Of a stretch of 64,000 nt of DNA, positions 21,455 through 30,225 are shown in pieces. The DNA lies in IMG/VR virus record IMGVR_UViG_2912849059_000001. One strand, 5' to 3'. The position numbers and the translations under genes are program-made. Source of the stretch: a virus. The notes below the pieces were generated by a model. It was given only the letters and a program-made list of their open reading frames with translations, had not been told where the DNA came from and searched no databases. Each line of letters begins with the position of its first letter. Position 1 is the stretch's first letter.

Positions 21455-21883
21455 TTAGTTAGTTTTTTGTTTACGGAAATCTACAACGTGTTTTTCAGTA
21501 GGTACAGGTGCAGCTGGCTTTGGTTGTTCTTCTACTGTAATTTTTTCACCTACATCAGTAGCGACATCCCCATCACCATCTATGTACATTTGACCTTTCA
21601 CACCAGAATTTAGTTCTCGGCCAACGACACCACCATCATGATCCCTACCAACTATGAATGTAGATTCCACTTCTTTTGCCGCTACTAGTTTTGATGAGAC
21701 TTTAGAGGTACAATCCCAAATTTCACGCTTTTTATTACCTTTAAAAGTAAGCGTCAAAGTAATTGACCTTGGCTTTGTAGGATCTGTATTTGGATCCGCC
21801 ATATTTTTTAATACACGTTGAAACTCTGCATCAACTTTTTCTGCTACTGCACCATCTGCTAAACTGTTTAAATCAATATTCAC
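21455..21883 (-). CDS. Conserved phage protein (often labelled replication terminator-like)
   Basis: 142 aa; LADGAVAEK, NMADPNTDP..PRSITL. Confidence 0.65.
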   Translation of the reverse strand: MNIDLNSLADGAVAEKVDAEFQRVLKNMADPNTDPTKPRSITLTLTFKGNKKREIWDCTSKVSSKLVAAKEVESTFIVGRDHDGGVVGRELNSGVKGQMYIDGDGDVATDVGEKITVEEQPKPAAPVPTEKHVVDFRKQKTN

Positions 21884-21905
21884 TTGTAAAACCTCCCTAT
21901 TACTC

Positions 21906-22601
21906 TTATATAAGTCCTGGTCTCCAGGCTTTTAAATACGTTAATGCTTCTTCAAAATCTTTTTCTTTCGTATCACGATAACTCGGAACCACAAAAGCTT
22001 TCCTAAAGTCTTTCCATGCTCTACTATGTAAAATTCTTTTATCTTCAAATGCTTCACGGATTTTTGGTTCTTCACCCCAAAGCCTTTCCACTCGACGCAA
22101 CTTTGCGTTTAGTAACGTTGTTTGTTGATAGCTATCTATTGTCATCTTTTCATTTAACTTGTGCTCAATCGTCACTAGTCGTTCATCTTGTTTCATCATT
22201 TCACTTGAAATGGTATTAATCATTTGTAACGGGGACATACGTTTTTGCTGATCACTTTGTTGCTGTATATATTCCCTCATTCTCTTAAATTCTTGGATAA
22301 ATTTAATTTTCATTTGTACAGCTTCTTTTGTGTTATAACTCATAACAACCAATGTAAAAGCTTCTTCGGTTAAATTGAATTTTGGATACTCTTTACCACG
22401 TTTTCTGTATTTTGACTCCTGAAAATTTAGGAGTGAAAATTCTTCGCCTGCATAATCAATTTGAGTACGAATATCGGCTATAACATTGTCATGGCGTTTA
22501 TTAAACATTTTTGCAATTGTTAAACTGTCTGTTACAATTACATTTCTCTCCACAAAAACCAGTTGACTAGGTAAAGGATTAATAGCTTGTGATCCACTCA
22601 T
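21906..22601 (-). CDS. Rha-family regulator/antirepressor
   Basis: TDSLTIAKMFNKRHDNVIADI, LTEEAFTLVVMSYN; ORF6C-like C-terminus. Confidence 0.85.
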   Translation of the reverse strand: MSGSQAINPLPSQLVFVERNVIVTDSLTIAKMFNKRHDNVIADIRTQIDYAGEEFSLLNFQESKYRKRGKEYPKFNLTEEAFTLVVMSYNTKEAVQMKIKFIQEFKRMREYIQQQSDQQKRMSPLQMINTISSEMMKQDERLVTIEHKLNEKMTIDSYQQTTLLNAKLRRVERLWGEEPKIREAFEDKRILHSRAWKDFRKAFVVPSYRDTKEKDFEEALTYLKAWRPGLI

Positions 22602-22605
22602 GTTT

Positions 22606-22800
22606 TTAAGAAACCTCCTTCATATCCAAAATCTTAATAATCTTCGCCCTGACACTTTTCGCTTCTCTTTTATCTCGAAGAATATCGGATAAATAAGGAC
22701 CTGATATTCCAAGTAATTTTGCTAAATCTTTTTGTTGCATGTTTTTAGCGAATAGTGTTGCTCGAACCTTCATGCCGAATTCATTTTTCATTCTATTCAC
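22606..22800 (-). CDS. Cro-like HTH protein
   Basis: 64 aa, QKDLAKLLGISGPYLSDIL; divergent from the repressor. Confidence 0.8.
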   Translation of the reverse strand: MNRMKNEFGMKVRATLFAKNMQQKDLAKLLGISGPYLSDILRDKREAKSVRAKIIKILDMKEVS

Positions 22801-22813
22801 CTCATTTTTAGAA

Positions 22814-23032
22814 AATAAGCTAATTATTTAGCTTATTATTGACAATAACTAACTTATTGATTAAAATGAACTCATAGCTAAACAAACCTACAACTATAGC
22901 TTTTGTACGTTGGGGAACGTGGAATAGAGCCTTTATTAAGTAGTGTTTAAAAAGCTAAATAAGTAGCTTATGCACATTAGTATATTATTCAATTAGTTAG
23001 TTGTCAAATGTTTTAACTAACTAATTGAATAA
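22814..23032. promoter_or_regulatory. Lysis-lysogeny switch region with face-to-face sigma-A promoters and two operator classes
   Basis: TTGACA-17-TAAAAT on + (22839-22867); TTGACA-17-TATACT on - (23007-22979); AAGCTA-N6-TAGCTT twice; ACTAACTWATTGAWTAA three times. Confidence 0.8.
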
Positions 23033-23064
23033 AAATCGTGTATTAGCTTGAAAGGGCGATTTAC

Positions 23065-23502
23065 ATGAGTATTACAGATAGGATTAAAGAACTTTGTTTA
23101 AATAGAGGTATATCAGTAACTAAATTAGAAGAAGAGTTAGATTTTGGTCAAAATACAATTTATCAGTGGAAAAAAAGAACACCTTCTGTTGAACGCGTAC
23201 AAAAAGTAGCTGATTATTTTGATGTATCTATTGATTTTTTATTAGGAAGAACTAATCAAATGAATAAAATCAATTTAAAAGACGCTGAAGGCTTTACCGA
23301 AAAAGATAAAAAAGACATCGGAAAAAGAATGGAAGAGATAAGAAAAGATCTGACAGACTCTGACGGATTAATGTTTTCTGGTGAACCCCTTACTGAAGAA
23401 GCTTTAGATTCATTAATGGATGCAATGGAGTATATTGTGAAACATACTCAAAAGATAAATAAGAAATACATCCCAAAGAAATACAGAAATGAATCAGAGT
23501 GA
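23065..23502 (+). CDS. XRE-family phage repressor (ImmR/CI-like)
   Basis: N-terminal HTH_3 (VTKLEEELDFGQNTIYQWKK...VADYFDVSIDFLLG). Confidence 0.88.
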   Translation: MSITDRIKELCLNRGISVTKLEEELDFGQNTIYQWKKRTPSVERVQKVADYFDVSIDFLLGRTNQMNKINLKDAEGFTEKDKKDIGKRMEEIRKDLTDSDGLMFSGEPLTEEALDSLMDAMEYIVKHTQKINKKYIPKKYRNESE

Positions 23503-23981
23503 ATCAGGGGAGGGAGAATCAATTGGGTTACTACGAAAAAGACACAGCATTAGAACTAGCAGCGAGATTTAATACAACCAACCCTTTTGAAATAGCTGAA
23601 CGTTTAAATGTTCACGTTTTTTATCAAAATTTAGATCCAAGCATCATGGGTTTTTATAAATATAATAAGAAAAACCAGTATATCTGCATTAACGAAAATT
23701 TAAGTATCAACGAACAAATTGTTACTTGCTCCCATGAATTAGGCCATTGTAAAATGCATAAACATGTCAATACTCCGTTTTTACGTGCTAATACATTCTT
23801 ATCTGTAGATAAATTTGAAAGACAAGCTAATTTATTTGCAGTTGAATTATTACTTCCCGATGAGGATTGGCATGCATATGCAAAAGAGTTTAAAACTATC
23901 GATGTAATCTCTCATCATACAGGGATTCCGGAAGAATTATTATTACTTAAATACCAAAAGTCAGTATGTTGCTACACTTAG
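23499..23981 (+). CDS. ImmA/IrrE-family metallopeptidase
   Basis: HELGH (HExxH) and FERQANLFA; coupled to the repressor gene. Confidence 0.9.
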   Translation: MNQGRENQLGYYEKDTALELAARFNTTNPFEIAERLNVHVFYQNLDPSIMGFYKYNKKNQYICINENLSINEQIVTCSHELGHCKMHKHVNTPFLRANTFLSVDKFERQANLFAVELLLPDEDWHAYAKEFKTIDVISHHTGIPEELLLLKYQKSVCCYT

Positions 23982-24048
23982 TCCTCCCTGGGCTTTTATT
24001 TTTAAGAAAAAAAGAACATACATTCCCAAAATAGAAAGGATTACCAAA

Positions 24049-24237
24049 ATGATTATCAACTTAGAGGATTTCAGAAAAGCAAAGAAACTGAACAATATCA
24101 ATTCTATTCAAATGACTAAAATTCCTATTTTCGAACGTATTTTTATTGAAAATAATGAGTTAATTGGGGAATTAAAAGATAGCAAAGAAAAGGTTATCAT
24201 TGAGCATTTAGAGCAAAAAGATAGCAGTACTTTTTAA
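24049..24237 (+). CDS. Hypothetical protein
   Basis: 62 aa, RBS GAAAGGA. Confidence 0.6.
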   Translation: MIINLEDFRKAKKLNNINSIQMTKIPIFERIFIENNELIGELKDSKEKVIIEHLEQKDSSTF

Positions 24238-24361
24238 CTTAATATAAAAAACATTATCCCTCTTTCATTTACCTCGTTTCACGTAATATAAATATATTAG
24301 AATTAATTATTTGTTATACTTAATTAGAAAGCTACTATTTCCATAGAGAGGATAAGATATT

Positions 24362-24958
24362 ATGGGTTTTAAGTTTCGTAAAAGTATCAAAGTTGCCCCT
24401 GGTGTGAAAATAAACGTTACACACAAAGGTGTAGGAGTAAGTGCAGGTGTAAAAGGCGCTAGCATTAGTACCGGACCATCCGGATCTAGAATTACAACTT
24501 CTTTGCCTGGAACGGGAATCTCATATGAACAACGTATAGGCAAAAAGAGAGGCCCTAAACAAAGAACAAGCTCAAGTGCTTCAGCAACTCAAAACACTAC
24601 GACTACCACGCCAAATAATCGGTCACATACAAGGGGTCAATCTTCCCCTATAAAAAAAGAAGTTAAGGCTTTTATAGTAACTCCTTTCCGTTCAAAAGAT
24701 AACGAAGCAAATTCTTTTGCTAGAAAACTAATGAAGCCACTTTCCATAATTACAGGCGTTTGTGCAATTCTTTTCTTAATTATGATGCTTGTTATTCCTG
24801 CTCTAATCCTGGCGGCTATTTCTTTCTTATGCTATAAAAATATAAAAACACCGTTTGCTGCAGTATGTCCCGAATGCAATGCTGAAAATCTAATAATTTT
24901 TAAAGAAGAGAAGCTTGCTTGTCGTACGTGTAAGAGCACTCTTATAATCCAAAAGTAA
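24362..24958 (+). CDS. DUF4236-domain membrane protein
   Basis: GFKFRKSIKVAPGVKIN...PGTGISY; TM segments; C-terminal CxxC pairs. Confidence 0.8.
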   Translation: MGFKFRKSIKVAPGVKINVTHKGVGVSAGVKGASISTGPSGSRITTSLPGTGISYEQRIGKKRGPKQRTSSSASATQNTTTTTPNNRSHTRGQSSPIKKEVKAFIVTPFRSKDNEANSFARKLMKPLSIITGVCAILFLIMMLVIPALILAAISFLCYKNIKTPFAAVCPECNAENLIIFKEEKLACRTCKSTLIIQK

Positions 24959-25124
24959 TTAAGTAAGTTAAAGAATACGCTTTCATTTTTCGGAAAATAT
25001 GTTAAAATTACCTTTGGACGGGAGTCCATATACATATTATTAAAATTAAAGTGGTTTTCAAGTCGAAGAACGGCACTCTTTTGAGTGTCTTTTCTTTTTT
25101 CTGATTATTTGTTATGATATGACT

Positions 25125-25278
25125 AGAGTATGACTTCTAACTGAATTGCATAAAATAAAAGAAGAGATGCGCTAACATCTCTTCCAGTAACTGCTACCGC
25201 AAGGTGGTCGGTTGCTAATAGTTATTTACGTTTAGAACCGCCCTTTCGCTTGCAGGCATTAGGGGCGGTTCTTTTATT
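25125..25278 (+). ncRNA. Putative type I antitoxin sRNA (5' end approximate)
   Basis: TG-n-TATGAT near 25110-25118; terminator AGAACCGCCC/GGGGCGGTTCT + T tract (25234-25278) antisense to the toxin 3' end. Confidence 0.55.
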
Positions 25279-25383
25279 TCGTTTACTGCTAATCTTCTTC
25301 GCAAGCTCATTCGCATAAGCTGTTGCAAATACTGTAAGGAATACCTTAGCAGCGTCATACAATAAATTAAATAAAGAATCCAT
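25222..25383 (-). CDS. Putative type I toxin, 53 aa (MDSLFNLLYD...GGSKRK)
   Basis: GGAGGTGA RBS in a hairpin; one amphipathic/hydrophobic helix and a basic tail. Confidence 0.65.
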   Translation of the reverse strand: MDSLFNLLYDAAKVFLTVFATAYANELAKKISSKRNKRTAPNACKRKGGSKRK

Positions 25384-25540
25384 TCGGTCACCTCCCTTCT
25401 CTCTAAGATCAGAGAAAGGATAGCAACCTCCCGCCCTCACAATATACAGTTACCTACAGTCTATCACACAATTCTATTAGGCGGAATATCATTAGAATAT
25501 TCTCGAAATACATCGATTTAAAAAGAAATAGTATTCTTCC

Positions 25541-25564
25541 TGTGGATAAACCCACTTATCCACA
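25541..25564. promoter_or_regulatory. Pair of inverted perfect DnaA boxes
   Basis: TGTGGATAA (25541-25549) and TTATCCACA (25556-25564) upstream of rep. Confidence 0.75.
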
Positions 25565-25684
25565 ACAAAAGCCCGACATTTATTGTCGGGCTTCGCTTTT
25601 TCTCTTCTTTTTTCCACAAACTTCTGCTATCATTAAAAGAGTAGATACATAAATTGCAAATGTAAATTTTTTATATAAATTAAA

Positions 25685-25797
25685 AATAAAAAAACCCCGA
25701 CAGAATTTTCGAAGTTGCCGTAAGTTTGGCCGCCTACTACCAACTTTCGAAAATGAGAACGCGAGGTTTGTTATCACATATTTAAATTGCTATTTCT
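25685..25797 (-). ncRNA. Putative countertranscript RNA antisense to the rep leader
   Basis: Minus-strand TTGTTA-17-TATCAT with TG extension (25832-25804); long stem-loop ending CGGGGTTTTTTT. Confidence 0.55.
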
Positions 25798-25892
25798 ATT
25801 AATATGATAGCATAAAAAAATATGAATAACAATCCTCTAATTTCTTGTACCCATTTTTTGGTCGGGGTAAAAAATTGGAGGATTTTTTTATT

Positions 25893-26951
25893 ATGTCTAA
25901 TTCATTAGAAACAACAGAAGAACAAGAAGTAAGAGAATTGCAACGTATAGTAATTAAAGAAGAATTGTTAGCATTAACAGGAAAGCATTTTGATGCAGCA
26001 TTATTAAATAATTTAATCTTTTGGTCTGGCATTACAGAAAAAATGGACAAAAATCTTAAATTACGAATTAAGCAAATGGAAGCTCGTAACACAAAGCAAT
26101 CGGCAATTGATAAAAAGAAAAAACAAATTCGTAACGGATGGTTTTATAAAACAGGCGATGAACTTTTAGCTGAATTAATGGATTGGGGAAGTGCTTCAAC
26201 AATTAGTCGAACACTTAATAATTTTGTTAAAGAAGGATGGATCGAAAAAGGGAATAACCCTGATCCATCTAAAAAGTGGGATAGATCGACTTGGTTAAAA
26301 GTGAACCTTACAAAAATTGCATCCGATTTACATACACTTGGCTACGCTTTAGAAGGTTATTCTTTAGCTCAAGGAACGTCTACAAAAAACAGTAAAAATA
26401 GTGTTGAAACTGAAGAAAAATCCAAAGAAACCGCGTCACTACCCACTTTGCACAGTGAAAAATGCATTTTGCATGATGAAAAATCCATCTTGCACAGTGA
26501 CAGAACAATACCAGAAGGTTTACTTCAGAAGGATACTTCATTATCTACTTTTGAAGAAGAAGAAAATATTACTGTTAGTATCTCAGAATCTACAATTCTT
26601 GATTTAATGAATCAAAAGATTAAAGAACGAGAGATTACAAACCAAAAAACTATTAAAGCAATTCACGATGTAGCATCTAAATGTAAGGCAATCGGAACGA
26701 CGGATTTAACTGCAGCTGAAAACTATGTAATAAAAGTCGTGGAAGAAAAAATGTCTAAGCTTGGCCAAAAGCAAAAAGTAAGAACAGATAAAGCAAAAGT
26801 ATCAGGTTCTAAACCTATACGTACTGAAATGACTCCTGATTGGGTTGGGAAAGAAGATAACGAATCATCAACTGTGAAAGACAATAGACAAGCCTCTGAA
26901 GAAGAACATAAACGTTTAGAGGAAGTGTTAAAAAAATATAAACGTGATTAA
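25893..26951 (+). CDS. Replication initiator (wHTH), 352 aa from MSNSLE
   Basis: GGAGG RBS before 25893; LLNNLIFW..GWFYKT...STISRTLNNFVKEGWI; internal 21-bp repeats. Confidence 0.75.
   Translation: MSNSLETTEEQEVRELQRIVIKEELLALTGKHFDAALLNNLIFWSGITEKMDKNLKLRIKQMEARNTKQSAIDKKKKQIRNGWFYKTGDELLAELMDWGSASTISRTLNNFVKEGWIEKGNNPDPSKKWDRSTWLKVNLTKIASDLHTLGYALEGYSLAQGTSTKNSKNSVETEEKSKETASLPTLHSEKCILHDEKSILHSDRTIPEGLLQKDTSLSTFEEEENITVSISESTILDLMNQKIKEREITNQKTIKAIHDVASKCKAIGTTDLTAAENYVIKVVEEKMSKLGQKQKVRTDKAKVSGSKPIRTEMTPDWVGKEDNESSTVKDNRQASEEEHKRLEEVLKKYKRD
26448..26510 (+). repeat. Three tandem 21-bp iteron-like repeats within rep
   Basis: TTGCACAGTGAAAAATGCATT / TTGCATGATGAAAAATCCATC / TTGCACAGTGACAGAACAATA at 26448, 26469, 26490. 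Confidence 0.7.
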
Positions 26952-26971
26952 AATTAAAGGAGTCTTATTTT

Positions 26972-27904
26972 ATGATACCTGAAATTTCATCATTATTAAC
27001 GAAGCATTATATTAAAGCTGGCTTCACTGCTGAAGAGTATATTGTACTTAACGCTTATTTGAATCACTCAAAAGTTTTTCAGGATAAACACAATTTAGAC
27101 GAAGTAGCTGAAATGACAGGAAAGACGTTAAATGAAATTCAAGATATATTAGAAAATCTGCTTAAAAAAGAATTAATTAATATGGATCCCGAAAAAGAAA
27201 CCATAGATTTACTTACGCTCCATAATAGATTACATGAATTGGATTTTGAAGCAAAAACTATTAATAAACGAATTTTTGATAGTATAAATGATTCTAGACA
27301 TTTTTCATCAGATCCATATTATCAACATTTTGGACAGGTTACTCTTGTACCATTTACAGATGGAGGAATTGGAGTCACTTCAGGAACTAATAGGTTATAT
27401 GGTGACTTGATGTGGTCGCGAAATGATATGGAAAAGTTAGCAAATGAAATTCTAGACCTTGTAGAAAAAATAGATCAAACACGTATTGATGAATATAATA
27501 ATGACCTAAAAGAAAAAAGAAGGATAGAAAGAGAACAGCAACGTATTGCTTATGAAGAACGCAAAGCACAAAGAGAACAACCCGTTAAACCAAAACATGG
27601 ATATGTAGTATTAATTCGTTTGTACCCTTCTGGACACTATAAGTTTACTTACACAGTGTCTGCTGATTTGAACGGTAAAATTAATCGTTTAAAAGAAGAA
27701 TACGGAAATAATGTAGAAATTGTTCATTCAGTAGAAACATATGACACACTAAAATTTTATCATCAGTTTGCTAAAAAACAATTTAGTAATAGATTGATAG
27801 AAAAAACACTTTATCAACTAACAGAAGAAGACGTACAGTTCTTCAAAGATGAAAAATATCCAGCTAATGCAATGGATTGGTTAGAAGGTTCGCGTGTGAA
27901 ATAA
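26972..27904 (+). CDS. DnaD-N-like wHTH fused to a degenerate GIY-YIG/T5orf172-like domain
   Basis: LLTKHYIKAGFTAEEYIVL resembles DnaD N-terminus; GYVVLI...GHYKF...EIVHSVET C-terminus. Confidence 0.6.
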   Translation: MIPEISSLLTKHYIKAGFTAEEYIVLNAYLNHSKVFQDKHNLDEVAEMTGKTLNEIQDILENLLKKELINMDPEKETIDLLTLHNRLHELDFEAKTINKRIFDSINDSRHFSSDPYYQHFGQVTLVPFTDGGIGVTSGTNRLYGDLMWSRNDMEKLANEILDLVEKIDQTRIDEYNNDLKEKRRIEREQQRIAYEERKAQREQPVKPKHGYVVLIRLYPSGHYKFTYTVSADLNGKINRLKEEYGNNVEIVHSVETYDTLKFYHQFAKKQFSNRLIEKTLYQLTEEDVQFFKDEKYPANAMDWLEGSRVK

Positions 27905-27941
27905 AAGCATATGTTTCAAAATAGATAATGGAGGGAAACCC

Positions 27942-28463
27942 ATGAGAAAAGTAGATGTAGTAGTATCCTTAATCGAACTAGAAAAAAGAATATTTAAAGC
28001 CCTAAATCCGCTTGAAGAAGCAGGATTAGATTCTATTTTTGAATTATTTTCTATGTTAGATTTTGAAGGTGCAGCAAACGTTTTACTTGAAAATGTGTTT
28101 AAAGATGTTTATTTCGAGAATATACAACACTTCCGATTCGGAACTGAAAGTAAAGAAGAATTTACAAACCGTCTTTTAAAAATTAAACCCGAACTTTCTT
28201 GGGTTATATCACCAGATGAAACATTAAAAGTTATTTCTGTTTTATTGGATATAGAGAAAGAAAGACAAGAAACCTATATAACTTTTGCTAACTTAGGTGT
28301 GGAATTTGATATCCCAGAAGCGATGGATTCTTTGGAGAAATTTATTGATCAATTAATCGGAGAGAACGCAGGGGATATCGTTTATTTCTACACTGATGGT
28401 GACATGTCTAAAGAAGAAGTGTTAGATTTCATCTCTGATAAGTGGAAACAGGAAAGTAAATAA
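27942..28463 (+). CDS. Hypothetical protein
   Basis: 173-aa acidic ORF with GGAGG RBS. Confidence 0.75.
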   Translation: MRKVDVVVSLIELEKRIFKALNPLEEAGLDSIFELFSMLDFEGAANVLLENVFKDVYFENIQHFRFGTESKEEFTNRLLKIKPELSWVISPDETLKVISVLLDIEKERQETYITFANLGVEFDIPEAMDSLEKFIDQLIGENAGDIVYFYTDGDMSKEEVLDFISDKWKQESK

Positions 28464-28533
28464 AGAATATTTCATAGTAGATTTGAAATTTTAAAAATTA
28501 GAACTAACTAAACACTGAGAAAGGAATTTACAT

Positions 28534-28737
28534 ATGTCATTTAGTACAGAAATTATCAATCAAAGTATGAGTAAATTAGGAGGGCAGCTCGCATTATATT
28601 TTGGTCTTCCAATAATTCTCATTGCAATACTAGCAATAATTGTATGTAGATATTTTGATGGATATTTCACTCGACAATTTTTTGGTATAGCTGCAGCGTG
28701 TATATTTGTAGGTTGGTGCGTATATGTTTTTAATTAA
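28534..28737 (+). CDS. Small two-TM membrane protein
   Basis: 67 aa, two hydrophobic stretches, AAAGGA RBS. Confidence 0.7.
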   Translation: MSFSTEIINQSMSKLGGQLALYFGLPIILIAILAIIVCRYFDGYFTRQFFGIAAACIFVGWCVYVFN

Positions 28738-28966
28738 GTTAACTTAAAGTAAGAGTTTTAACAGCATGGGAGGAGCACTAACATAACGCGGATTTTGTAC
28801 ACTTAGACCACCAACAAATAAATTTGATCCGCTAGTTTGGTGTTTTTTCTCATCCCTCAAAAAGTGTACTTTTTGAAATTATGTTTATATTTCTTATGAA
28901 TTAAGCTTACTCCTCTTTTTGAAGGAATGGGCAAAGATACCCAAAATAAAAATTCAGAAATGAAGG

Positions 28967-29260
28967 GTGGACCTTAAGACAATGCGCAACGTATTTCCAA
29001 ACAAATACTATAGTGATGAAGGATTTGTAGAAAGAAAATTAGAAATCAATGAGGAAGATTTACAAGAAATTATTGAGGATTACTTGCTAAGAAATGCTGA
29101 TTTTGATTTTGATGAAGTCGAAATTGTCAATAACCGACCAATGAACATATGGCTCTATGCTAAATGTAGAAAATATGTTGATTCTGAAGATCCAGAGCAA
29201 GATGAAGCGCTACAGGATGCAGAAGTCGAAATTTCTGGAGACTATGACGGAAATCTTTGA
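28967..29260 (+). CDS. Hypothetical acidic protein
   Basis: 97-aa ORF. Confidence 0.6.
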   Translation: MDLKTMRNVFPNKYYSDEGFVERKLEINEEDLQEIIEDYLLRNADFDFDEVEIVNNRPMNIWLYAKCRKYVDSEDPEQDEALQDAEVEISGDYDGNL

Positions 29261-29402
29261 TAGATTACCAATGTAAGTATAATAGGGTGTGAAGGTTGAG
29301 GGGTAATTACAAATGACTTACAAGGCCCTTTCTTACCTTCTCACTAATAGAGAGTAGAAAACTATATACGATGGTATAAAATCACTTCAGGAGGTTCGTG
29401 CA

Positions 29403-29654
29403 ATGTTTTTAGCTAAAGGATTTAATAAAGCACCGTATTATAATAAAATTGATGTGCTAAAAAAAGAAGATTATGTTAGAAAAGTGATCTTAAAATTACG
29501 GGATATTGAGAATGAAGATGCGAGAAGAACGGCGATTAAAAAGGAAGCTAAAGAATTATTAAGCAAAGTATCAGTACACCTACTTAAATACCCTGAGCCA
29601 CTAGAAAATCTATTAATTTATTTAAAGATGAAAATGAGCATGATATTTATTTAG
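29403..29654 (+). CDS. Hypothetical protein, possibly frameshifted (may extend to about 29775)
   Basis: AGGAGG RBS; protein-like open frames continue after the stop. Confidence 0.5.
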   Translation: MFLAKGFNKAPYYNKIDVLKKEDYVRKVILKLRDIENEDARRTAIKKEAKELLSKVSVHLLKYPEPLENLLIYLKMKMSMIFI

Positions 29655-30225
29655 TTTTGAGACTTGAAATTGATATGTTGTACATGCATGCAATTCAGTT
29701 TAACTATAAAACATTAGAAAAGGCTGCTAAGACTTATAAAAAATTCCGTGAAGATCCATTAGCCTTTCGTAGATAAATAAAAAACAAGACATCTATTGAT
29801 TTAATTTATACATATTTATAAGGATTTATAAATGTTGAGCGATATTAACTTGTGATATAATACACTAGACGGTATCTCTATTATTTAAAGAAATATTAAG
29901 CTGAAGAAAAGGCGCATTCATTATGAATGTGTCTTTTCTTTTTGTTCACTAAGATGATACTTTCTATATAATTCATTTCTATTATACTTGTACAAGCTCA
30001 CCAATATAAAAAAAGAAGACCACAACTTATCGATGGCCTTCCATTCACAAACTACATAGAACTTTCTGGGTATCTATATTCTACCATTTTTTTAATTGAA
30101 GAGAAATATATATTTTATAATATAAAATTTCACGTACTGTATTTTTATTAATTCAGTTTCATAGGGAGGATTGACCGTTCTTAGGGAGAATTTTGGATTA
30201 GGAACGGAAGGAGGATTACATTGTA

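Noticed and set aside
25580-25777. 65-aa minus-strand ORF
   Set aside because: No RBS; coincides with the structured antisense region
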